Shown: in pieces, positions 54,103 through 64,000 of the stretch
How the letters are laid out: the number at the start of each line of letters is the position of its first letter
Numbering within the stretch: position 1 is the stretch's first letter
DNA from: Octopus vulgaris
Lineage: Eukaryota
Length of the DNA stretch: 64,000 bases
Assembly: GCA_951406725.2 (NCBI GenBank)
Contig: OX597826.1
Coordinates: 42,222,001-42,286,000 of the forward strand
Direction: 5' to 3'
The notes under the pieces: generated by a model
What the model saw: only the letters and a program-made list of their open reading frames with translations
Databases searched by the model: none
Told to the model about the DNA's origin: nothing
Program-made: the position numbers and the translations under genes

Positions 54103-54579
54103 AAATCAAAATGTTCCATGGAGTATGTGGGCAGTTCTGTGTGTATTTGGTAGGGAAGGAAATTAAGGTGATAGATATAAAGAAAGGAATGGTAATGAAA
54201 GAAAGGGAGGGGCTAGACTTGTTTTGATATTTGTGTGTGCACATCTTAGTTTAGTATAGGCGCTTGGTTTAACCTTAGTCACAGCAGAAATTTCCGCAAT
54301 GAATTCAGATGTTGTACGCCCAGGAGGCAAATTTTGTTTTGGTGTTGAAGTTCATTATCTGAGTTGACAAATGATATTCCCTTAAAGGATCCTTTTAATC
54401 ACTTCTTGTGGTACAATGATATAGCATAAGAAAATAGTTTTTTTTTTTTTTGCTTTTTATTTGTTCAGTTTGTTTCTATGTTCTTTTGTTCTGTTACATG
54501 TCATTATGGTTAGTGTTTCTGTTTCATAATGTTCTATTGCAAATATGTCTAGAGGTCTATAATCCTTAGGTATTAAGTA

Positions 54580-55270
54580 TCAGGTCATCCCATAAGTTCT
54601 GTCCGAATTTTGAATAAAGAAAACAAGCGATCAAATGTCATATTTAATTGAAATTTAATCATCAATGTACTTTCCCTGATTATCTATGACATCCTTTCAT
54701 CTATTTACAAGCTTTTTAATCCCATCAATGTAAAACTCTTTTGGTTTCAAAGCGAAGAACTCTGAAATGTCAGTTTCGACTTCCTCCTGGCTTGCGAAAG
54801 TTATGTCCCCCAAATGATTCTGTAAACTACGAAACAAATGCTAGTCTGAAGAGCTAAGTCGGTAGAATAAGGTGAATGACAAATTTTTTTCCCAACCAAG
54901 CCCTTCGATCTTCTGTCATGTGATCTTTGGAGTGTGGGGTCGCACATTGTCCTGATGAAACATCACTCCTTTTCGATTCACTAAAGCAGGTATTTTTTTT
55001 TTCTTCAAAGCTTGATTCAAACTAGTATGGTAAAAGGTGGTACACTTGTGGCTACGTAACCTAGCCCTGACCGTCATCTTTCCAGTTTTTGTCCTGATGA
55101 AACATCACTCCTTTTCGATTCACTAAAGCATTGTCCTGATGAAACATCACTCCTTTTCGATTCACTAAAGCGGGTCTTTTTTTCTTCAAAGCTTGGTTCA
55201 AACTGGTATAGTAAAAGGTGGTGCACTTGTGGCTACGTAACCTAGCCCTGACTTTCATCTTTCCAGTTTT
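54580..55270 (-). mobile_element. Mariner 3' fragment with internal tandem duplication
   Basis: Peptides RPALVNRKGVMFHQDN, HLFRSLQNHL and EFYIDGIKKLVNR*..VID. TIR TCAGGTCATCCCATAAGTTC. A ~140-bp segment is repeated. Confidence 0.82.
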
Positions 55271-55289
55271 TTTCTTGTTTTACCTAGCC

Positions 55290-56357
55290 ACTATTTTGGC
55301 AGTGCTCACCAAGAAAGATCATATCTGTGATCTGATTTCTCTGATCTGACGGTGTGTCAGGGACTCAAATTCATCGCAGGCTTTCTATACAATACGTGGA
55401 TAGCGGTCAATTTGCGTAGAAGTATGTGCGAGTGGATCGAGAAGTTTAGAAATGGCCAGAAAAATGTGAAGCATAATGAAGGGAGAGGACGCTCATCAGT
55501 CTCCACCACTGACGAGAAGATTCAACAAGCTCGAGCGATGGTTCTGGTGAACTGACGAATGGCTATCTATGAGTTGGCATGTTCTCTGCCAATTAGTTAT
55601 GGTTCTGCATACGAAATCAGTCCACGAAAATCTTCGTTCCGTAAAGTCTGTGCGAAGTGAGCTTACGTAGCGTATAAGCGCAATCGTGTGAAGCTCTGTC
55701 AACGCTAACCCAACCATTACAGCGATGAAGGTAAAGCACTTTTAGAGGGAACGGTCACAGGAGATGAAACCTGGGTCCATCACTTTGAACTAGAATCCAA
55801 AATGCAGAGTATGGAGCGGAAACACATGGAGACGCTAGTAAAATAGAGATTCAAGGCAACCTTCTACAAAAATGTGATGTTAACTATTTTGAGATCGACA
55901 GTCAACAGTGTAGGCTACGGTGAAATGCTGACCAACAAATTGAAACCAGCAATTCGCACCAAACTCCGTGTTCTATTGTTAACGCAAGTGTTATTGTTGC
56001 ACAACGCTCACCGATACACAGCCGCCCACACCGTTGAAACCATTGAAAAAAATGGATTTCGAGTTCCTGGAACAATGCATAGAGTGCAGATTTCGCCCCT
56101 TCCGACTATCACTTCTTTGAACCGTTCATACATCGAGGTCGTCAATTTGCTATAGATGAAGAAGCGCAGGAAGTGGTACATAAATGGCTGCGAAATCAGA
56201 CGAAAACCTTGTCTGACGGAATAAGCAAGGTTGTGGATCGCTGGATGAAGTGCATGGAAATGCAATGAGACTATGTCGTAAAATTATGTACTTGTTCAAC
56301 AACTGCTTTTGTTTTTATAAATTACAAGAGTGCATATAATTTTGACTTACTCTCGTA
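55290..56357 (+). mobile_element. Degenerate near-full-length mariner
   Basis: Peptides EWIEKFRNG...GRGRSS.STTDE, VTGDETWVHHFE.ESK, LLHNA..YTA, DFAPSDYHFF and GI.KVVDRW.KC. End TTTGACTTACTCTCG-TA. Confidence 0.82.
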
Positions 56358-56759
56358 TATGCATGTTTTTAGAGTGCAGGTGGAAAGGAGGGGATGATGG
56401 AGTCAGTTTTACTGGTTTGATAAGGTAAGTTTGTTAGCATTTGAGTTCAGTCAGGAGTTATGTCTGAGGCGTGTCATATTCAGGTCACAATTTGGGTTGT
56501 TTGAATGTTATCTTACGACTGATCAAGATTCTTTGAGTATAGGTTGATGTTGTACTATTGAGTTGCATAAAAGAATGCTTATAGATAATACTGGATCGAT
56601 TTATCACGGAGCTACCGATAACAACACTATCTTTGAGAAAGGTCAAAGTTTTTAATATATTTTCAAATACTTTTTTTAAGAATCGGTTAGAGTAATATAG
56701 ATCATATTACTTTTATCTTATACTGGTTTCAGCCATAGACTGGGTCCCTGGTGAATCAG

Positions 56760-58400
56760 CACATTTCAGTGTGGTTGGATTTCTTTCCTGTACTGTCTTT
56801 GGTGGAACAACGAGTTGGACGGAGCTGCTCTTCTTTGTGCCTCCTGTCACGATTTGGGTTCATCTGGTATCTCAAATAAATATTTGTCCAGACGCTCTTT
56901 GAAAACCGTCGCATGAATACCGTCTAAATCTCTGAGGTTATCAGGAAGAATGTTGAACAGTTGTGGGGTCTTGAAACCCAAGATGTTCCAGTACTAGGTC
57001 TGTATTCAAGATGGCGAAGACGGGATTTTTGATACTATGCAGGGCTATTCAGTTCGATGGCTGGTATAACTTTCAGTTCCAAAGCTGGTAGCTAGACCTT
57101 CCAAGATCTTCCATATGTATATTATTTCATATCTTTCACGCCTTCTCTCTTGGGATAAGATCATCAGTTCCTTTTATATCTTCCAGTAGCTCATCTGATT
57201 CACCGAGTCAATCTTCTTTGTGTAGTTGCACTGGTTTGCTTCAAGTTCCAGACGGCTCAGAACAAAAGTTCTCTATAGGAGTAGCAATGTATCCTTTTCC
57301 CTGTTTCTAAATGATATCAGAATCCATCCATACATTCGCCTGCACAGCGCCATATTGTTAATATGCACATGGAATGTTGCATCATTATTCACCCGCCCAC
57401 TTTGACTCTAGAATTGCACTACTCGCTGGTCCTGTACATTCGGATTGTAGTTTGTTTGTGGGCCGAGGGTGGAGTGCTTGAAACTTCTCAGCATTGAACA
57501 GCATGTTATTTTCATCAGCACATATGTATTGGGTTTTCCAGAAAATGCGTGCCGATTTATAGTAGCTTAACTTTCAACTTATTTTAGAATATGGTTGAGT
57601 CCATAAAATAGGATTTGACTACACCTCCATTTAGAGCACAGTTTAAGCTGTCTTTTCGTTGAAGAAGGTTCATGTTCCTATAACCTGTGTTAATTCTGTA
57701 AGCCTTTACAATGGAAGATAAGAAAGTTCATTTTCGGCACTTGATGCTTTGGGAACCAGACAAAAATTGCTGCAGCTCGGCTGGGATGTGTTACCCCTCC
57801 CTCTATATTCATCAAATATTGCTCCTTCGGATTTCCACTTATTCAGGTCTCTGCAGAATAGTCTTAATGGTAAAAATTTCAATTCCTTGGATGACGTAAA
57901 AAGATACCTTGATGAATTCTTTGCCATGAAACCACCTCAATTCTGGGAAGAGGGTATTTTCAAGTTAAAGGAAAGATGGAGACGTATTGTGCAACAAAAT
58001 GGTTCATATTTGGTTGATTAAAAATGTAATGGCAAGTATTTATTGACCTTTTTCTTTCCTTTAAAAATCGACACGAACTTTCCGGACAACCCAATATATT
58101 GCATACAGGTCGTTTTCCAGTTTTAGTATGTCATCATGGTTCTTGACAACTAGTGATAAGTTTGTATTATCTATTATCCTTTTCTACTCTAGGCATAAGG
58201 CCCGAAATTTTGTGGGACTAGGCCAGTATTATCTGTTATTAACATAGCTAAGTGGTTGACTGTGTGGCTGAGGGCATGTCTTAGAGAGCCACCACAAACT
58301 GTAGTAATCTCCAATGCGAATTGATGTCTATTGAGCACTGTTGGCTGCAAGACTTCTGTCTTTTAATGCAGCCAATAAGCAGGCTATGACATCGAAGTTT
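56760..58400 (-). mobile_element. Degenerate CR1/L2-type LINE 3' fragment interrupted by a mariner derivative
   Basis: Peptides RRERYEIIYIWKILEG, PQLFNILP..LR..FKERLDKYL..IPDEP and, across the insertion, ND...YMCADENNMLFNAEKF. Confidence 0.75.
57529..58094 (+). mobile_element. Internally deleted mariner (566 bp) with TIRs and TA TSD
   Basis: TA|TTGGGTTTTCCAGAAAATGCGTGCCGATTT ... AAATCGACACGAACTTTCCGGACAACCCAA|TA. N-terminal MEDKKVHFRHLMLWE is joined directly to C-terminal QKLLQLGWDVLP..YS.NIAPSDFHLFRSLQN. Confidence 0.92.
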
Positions 58401-59147
58401 TGGCTTATTACCCATTGTAAGAATGTTGTCTATATAGAGACGTGAACAAAGTAAACCACACTCTTACGTTGGCTAATAAGCCGAAACTGCGATGCCATTG
58501 CCTACATATTACCAGTAAAATTGAATAAATATGTACACTGCTCAAAAGAATTGTATAATCTTTCAGTTTAATATATTTGTGTGCGCGTGCGGACGCGCTG
58601 TGTGTATGTGTGTAAGTATGCATGCGAATGTGTGTGAATGAGTGTGCGTGTGTATATATATATATATAGTGCAACGCAAAGAATACGTTCTGATATATCT
58701 AAGAGCTTCGGGAATTTCTGTCTCTTATCACGTAAACCGAAATTCTAATTAGTTACCGATCTGATAACTAAGATAATAATAAACGGTCATTGAGATTGCT
58801 AACAAAAACATTATATTTCTCACTGAACTTCATATATATTTATAACAATTAATTGTATAACAATTAATTGTATAACAATACATAACAGTAAATACATAAC
58901 GTATAAACGGGGTGAATCACTTTTATCAATCTTTCAGAGTATCAATATATGTTTGTAATTGTTCTAAATTATTGAATCTATTTTCTAACAAAATCAGTCA
59001 GTAATACCATGTGTTTGGCGACATTTTGTCATATTAACAGACAAACATAGATGGTTACAATGAGAACAATGCCAAACAAATTACAAAAATGTGTGTGTAT
59101 ACAATATTACATAACGTAGTACGCTAACCTTTGACACTTTATATATG

Positions 59148-59179
<32 letters not shown>

Positions 59180-59442
59180 TGTATGTATGTATGTATGCAT
59201 GTATGTATGTGTGTATGTGTGTGTACGTATGTGTGTGCATTATGTAGGTAAGGAGGGTAAGAATAACGCTTCATCCAAATTATTTAATTTCTCTGTCTGA
59301 CGAATTTCTGATTGGGACTTCCTTACATGTCTATGAAAAAATTCTATAATTCTTATTAGTAAATGAAACATGTGTAATGGTGAATAGATAATGCCAATGA
59401 ATTTTCCAACTTACTGCTATTTTTTAAAAATGTATATACATA

Positions 59443-59532
<90 letters not shown>

Positions 59533-59534
<2 letters not shown>

Positions 59535-59775
59535 GCGCGTGGCTTAGTGGTTAGGGTGTCAGCATCCTGATCGGAAGATTGTGGTTTCGATTCCTGGACC
59601 GGGCGACGCGTTGTGTTCTTGAGCAAAAAACTTCATTTCACGTTTCTCCAGTCCACACATCTGGCAAAAATGAGTAACGCTGCGATGGACTGGCGTCCCG
59701 TCCAGCTGGGGAACACATACGCCATAGAAACCGGGAAACCGGGTCCATGAGCCTGGCTAGGCTTTAAAAGGGCGC

Positions 59776-59836
<61 letters not shown>
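59533..59836 (+). mobile_element. tRNA-derived SINE family D with (TTA)n tail
   Basis: A box TGGCTTAGTGG, B box GGTTTCGATTCC, CORE-like TTGTGTTCTTGAGCAA. The 3' module GCGATGGACTGGCGTCCCGTCCAG...GAAACCGGGAAACCGG is shared with C2. Confidence 0.82.
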
Positions 59837-59837
<1 letters not shown>

Positions 59838-59948
59838 GTTTATATATATATATACATATAAGGAGAATTCATAAAAAAACAAAAGACGAAGACAGGTGGT
59901 GTAGACAACAAACAGATGTATTAGCTTAACGCTTGGGAAGGAAAAAGT

Positions 59949-59984
59949 CTTTAACGTTTCGAGCCGACGCTCATCCACAGAAAG
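59949..59984 (-). ncRNA. Putative minimal hammerhead-like motif, same family as 36389 (element ~59860-60030)
   Basis: CTTT-CTGTGGA-T-GAGC-gtcg-GCTC-GAAA-C-GTT-AAAG. Confidence 0.45.
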
Positions 59985-60062
59985 GAACACAGAAAGAAAC
60001 AAGAAGAGAAAATAAAGAATGTGCAGTCGCTGGCAAAATATAAAATTAAAAAACTTCTGTGC

Positions 60063-60267
60063 CAGTATGCTGAAAAATAGACTTCAGATCGTCTAAGCAC
60101 AAACAATATTTTTCACTATAAATACACAGCGTGTTGAAACGAGGAAAGCAAGCTACGAATTTTTAAAATTTCAGTTAGCTTGCTTTCTTCGTTTCAACAC
60201 GCTGTGCTTTATAGTGAAAAATATTGTATGTGATTAGACGATCTGAAGTCTATTTTTCAGCATACTG
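60063..60267. repeat. ~205-bp near-perfect palindrome (fold-back)
   Basis: CAGTATGCTGAAAAATAGACTTCAGATCGTCTAA... is the inverse of ...TTAGACGATCTGAAGTCTATTTTTCAGCATACTG. Pairing continues almost to the centre. Confidence 0.9.
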
Positions 60268-60390
60268 ACAAAGAATTTTTTTTTCTTTTGCACTTATTTA
60301 TAATAGTTTATATTTTAACTTAAAAAGTAATATGATATGCTGGCCACTGATAAAATTTTCTTTTTGAAAAATGTTATTCTTACATTAGAA

Positions 60391-60430
<40 letters not shown>

Positions 60431-60516
60431 CTGAAGATTTGTCAATATGCTAGGCCACTGGTTTTAAATTGATAATAATCAAATTAATATTCAATTTTTC
60501 CCCCTTATTATCTAAT

Positions 60517-60554
<38 letters not shown>

Positions 60555-60567
60555 CATATATATATAT

Positions 60568-60601
<34 letters not shown>

Positions 60602-60670
60602 TGTATGTATGTATGTATGTATGTATGTATGCACTACGTATATATGTATGTATATGTGTGCCCGTATAGA

Positions 60671-60728
<58 letters not shown>

Positions 60729-61761
60729 ATGTATGTATGCATGCATGTATGTGTGTGTATGTATGTATTTATGTATACGCATTTAAATATATAATTAAAT
60801 ATCATTTCATGCAGTTCCAAATCATATATATGTATAGTTATTCACATAATTAATTTCGTTCAAATGATACGTATATAGACGCATGCGCTTCCGCATATAG
60901 ACATAGCCACTCAATTCCTGCTATACACACGCACACATGGGGATATATATGTACCAATGTATATGTCACATAAGCATGCTCACATGCCTACCTGTAGTTT
61001 TATAAACACACCCATGGAGTACATCTCTCTCAGTATATATCTACACATATAAACGCATAAACACCCTTCTTTATATATGCATGTGTGTGTATGTGTGTGT
61101 ACGTGTATGTATACGTGCACGCGATCGTGTGTGTACACAACAGATAGATAAACAAGCATATTTGCACTCTTGTGTATAACTGTAGAGCCCTAAGAACTGC
61201 TAAATACTCATGTATACAAATACAGATATACACACAAGCATATATATACAGGCACAAACAGAAACGTATATGCACAGAAACGTATATACACAGAAACATC
61301 TATATACACACAGTATATACAGTAATTTATCCATCCGTCCATCCACCCATTCATGAAAATGAAATAAATATGAAATGGATATGTGAATTAATTTGTGGGA
61401 AAAATAAAGGAGAAAATAATAAACTAAAAATGAAATAAATTGTCCAATATAAACATGATTTATAGCATTGAATGTGTGGCCCATAATAAATATTAGATGT
61501 AAATATGATCCTATATAATAATATACTGTATTAGAATGTATCCACATATATTTTAAATTACTAAAGGAAATAAATAATATATCAAAATATTTTTTTAATA
61601 TTTGCGATATAGAACATCTAATAACGGAAACTACCTTACATAATATATGATATATTTTCTATATGATATAAAAAACTCATATCGTACATATGACATTAAA
61701 CGCAATGTAAAGCGTGTTGTTTAAATGTCATAAACAGTACTCGTAATAGACACAGTATTCA

Positions 61762-62378
61762 GGGCGGTGAGCTGACGTCAGTCGAAATGCTTAGTGGTGT
61801 TTCGTCTGTCTTTATGTTCTGAGTTCAAATTCCACCGAGGTCGACTTTGCCTTTCATACTTTCGGGGTCGATAAATTAAGTACCAGTTACGCACTGGGGT
61901 CGATGTTATCGACTTAACTCCTTTATCTATCCTTGTTTGTCTCCTCTATGTTTGGCCCCTTGTTGGCAATAAAGAAATAAGAAACGTAATCACGTCGGTC
62001 GAAATGCTTAGCGGTGTTTCGTCTGCCATTACGTTCTGAGTTCAAATTCCGCCGAGGTCGACTTTGCCTTTCATCCTTTCGAAGTCGATAAATTAAGTAC
62101 CAGTTACGCACTAGGGTTGATGTTATCGACTTAACTCCTTTATCTGTCCTTGTTTGTCTCCTCTATGTTTGGCCCCTTGTGGGCAACAAAGAAATAAGAA
62201 ACGTAAGCACGTCGGTCGAAATGCTTAGCGGTGTTTCGTCTGAAATTACGTTCTGAGTTCAAATTCCGCCGAGGTCGACTTTGCCTTTCATCCTTTCGAA
62301 GTCGATAAATTAAGTACCAGTTGCGTACTGGTGTCCATCTAATCGACTGGCCCCCTCCCCAAAAATGTCGGGCCTTTT
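61762..62378 (+). mobile_element. SINE family B trimer
   Basis: Three ~220-bp tandem units, the last carrying the terminal module GACTGGCCCCCTCCCC...GGGCCTT. Confidence 0.88.
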
Positions 62379-62955
62379 ACTTGCTTCTGTCATTTTGACT
62401 GCGGCCATGGTAGAACACCGCCTTTAACGAAGAAATCGAGCCCAGGACTTATTCTTTGTAAGCCTAGTACTTATTCCATCGTATCTTTTGCCGAACTGCT
62501 AAGTTACGGGGTCGTAAACACACCAACATTGGTTGTCAAACGATGGAGTGGGTACAAACACAGACACTCAAATATGTGCAATATTCTTTAAGTTTTTCTT
62601 TTATCCGTTCCAGGCATTGGCTTGCGGCCATGCTGGGGTGCCGCCTTGAAGGGCTAAATCAGACATATTGACCCATGTACATTTTTTTTTTCGAAGCCTG
62701 GTACTTATTCTATCGGCTTCTTTTACAGAACCGCTAAGTTACGAGGATGTAATCAAACTAACACCGGTATGTTGGGGACAATCACAAATACAAAGACACT
62801 GTGACACACACCCGCACACATAAATATAGATATACCATGAGCTTTCACATAGTTTCCATTTACCAATTCTCTCACAAGGCATTGGACTGTCCGGGATTAT
62901 AGTAAAAAGCACATGCACATGGTGTCACACATTAGGACAGAACACAAAATCACAA

Positions 62956-63304
62956 AGGCGGCGAGTTGGCAGAAACGTTAGCACGCCGGGCGAAATGCTT
63001 TGCGGTATTTAGTCTGCCGTTATGTTCAAATTCCGCCGAGGTCGACTTTGCTTTTCATCCTTTCTGTGCCGTATGTGTTCCACCCAGCTGGACGGGACGT
63101 CAATCCATCGCAGCGTAACTAAAGAAACAGGAAGAGAGAGTGAGAGAAAGTTGTGGCGAAAGAGTACAACAGGGGTCACCACCACCCCCTGCCCTAGCCT
63201 CGTGGAGCTTTTAGGTATTTTCGCTCAATAAACACACACAACGCCCGGTCTGGGAATCGAAACCGTGATCCTCCGACCTAACCACTGGGCCATTGCGCCT
63301 CCAC
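62956..63304. mobile_element. Truncated SINE-B (+) abutting a chimeric C1/D SINE (-)
   Basis: The B head runs to ~63064. Beyond it lies a minus-strand C1 head and body joined to a D-type 3' module. Confidence 0.75.
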
Positions 63305-64000
63305 AGCTATTTGTAACACACACTAATATTAGTATTTACTTTATTTTTGGTGAACTTCTTTTCTTCTTCAATCCTAGTACTCTTTAGGCCAGTCCATCAA
63401 TTTCCATGGCGTACAAGTGACCGAGATCACAATATTCTCACATACAGGATGCCAGTCGCGAATTTTTTCCTCACGAGAGTTCCGGACCCCAGTAATGAAC
63501 TCATTTGCATACAGCCAATCAGAGCTCACCTTCACCTTGTTATCAAGTTAACAAACACACTCTACCAAATAAGCTCAAGACGAATAACGGTGTTGTAAGT
63601 CGACCGATCGCCAAGTTATGCCTGATTTTAGTAATTAGATAGATTTGCATCTATACTTATTATCGGATTTTGTTAGGGCCCCATATGGTAAAGATGTAGA
63701 TGGGAGAAATGTGGGTAGAGGGTGATGTGCTAGCAACCCTCTCCCCTTATTTTTTTACAAAGTAAACAACAACACAAATAATTACGCAGAGACAGCCATG
63801 GTTGAAACAAGAACAAGAACAACAAGCATTTTTAAAAGTGAAAAGAAGCATGGTCATTCCTTAACCAAGTGACCTTATCGTATCGCTTGACTGGGTGCAA
63901 ATGATCAAACTTTAAACCTCTATAACTTTTTTAAAACATTTTTCTGGAAAAAATGAAATAACTCCAGCAATTCAGTTTGGGCAAATGTATTATTGTGCCA

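Noticed and set aside
57711-58021. SETMAR-like host gene
   Set aside because: There is no SET domain; the sequence is bounded by TIRs and a TA TSD and lacks the central catalytic region.

Overview
AT-rich, repeat-saturated animal genomic DNA. The SINE families and microsatellite load resemble an octopus or other coleoid cephalopod genome; this is recognition from memory, not a search. The only host gene I can support is on the minus strand and is absent from the ORF track: three GT-AG coding exons (25776-25693, 13430-13319, 193-30) splice in frame into the first 120 aa of a DHDH-like Gfo/Idh/MocA dehydrogenase, which continues beyond the left edge of the window. Its canonical EKP motif reads EKA. 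Nearly everything else is microsatellite or mobile DNA: four to five tRNA-derived SINE families, RTE, R4/Dong, L1/Tx1 and CR1-type LINE fragments, several mariner/Tc1/Tigger remnants, a hAT remnant, a Helitron, a MULE-like MITE, a solo LTR, a shrunken Gypsy element and a 1.1-kb tandem duplication. The most interesting non-genic signal is a family of short elements next to (TA)n tracts that carry minimal hammerhead-ribozyme-like motifs (Penelope/retrozyme type) with covarying stems, together with several long fold-back palindromes. Most ORF-track entries are microsatellite artefacts. Boundaries of degenerate repeats are approximate.
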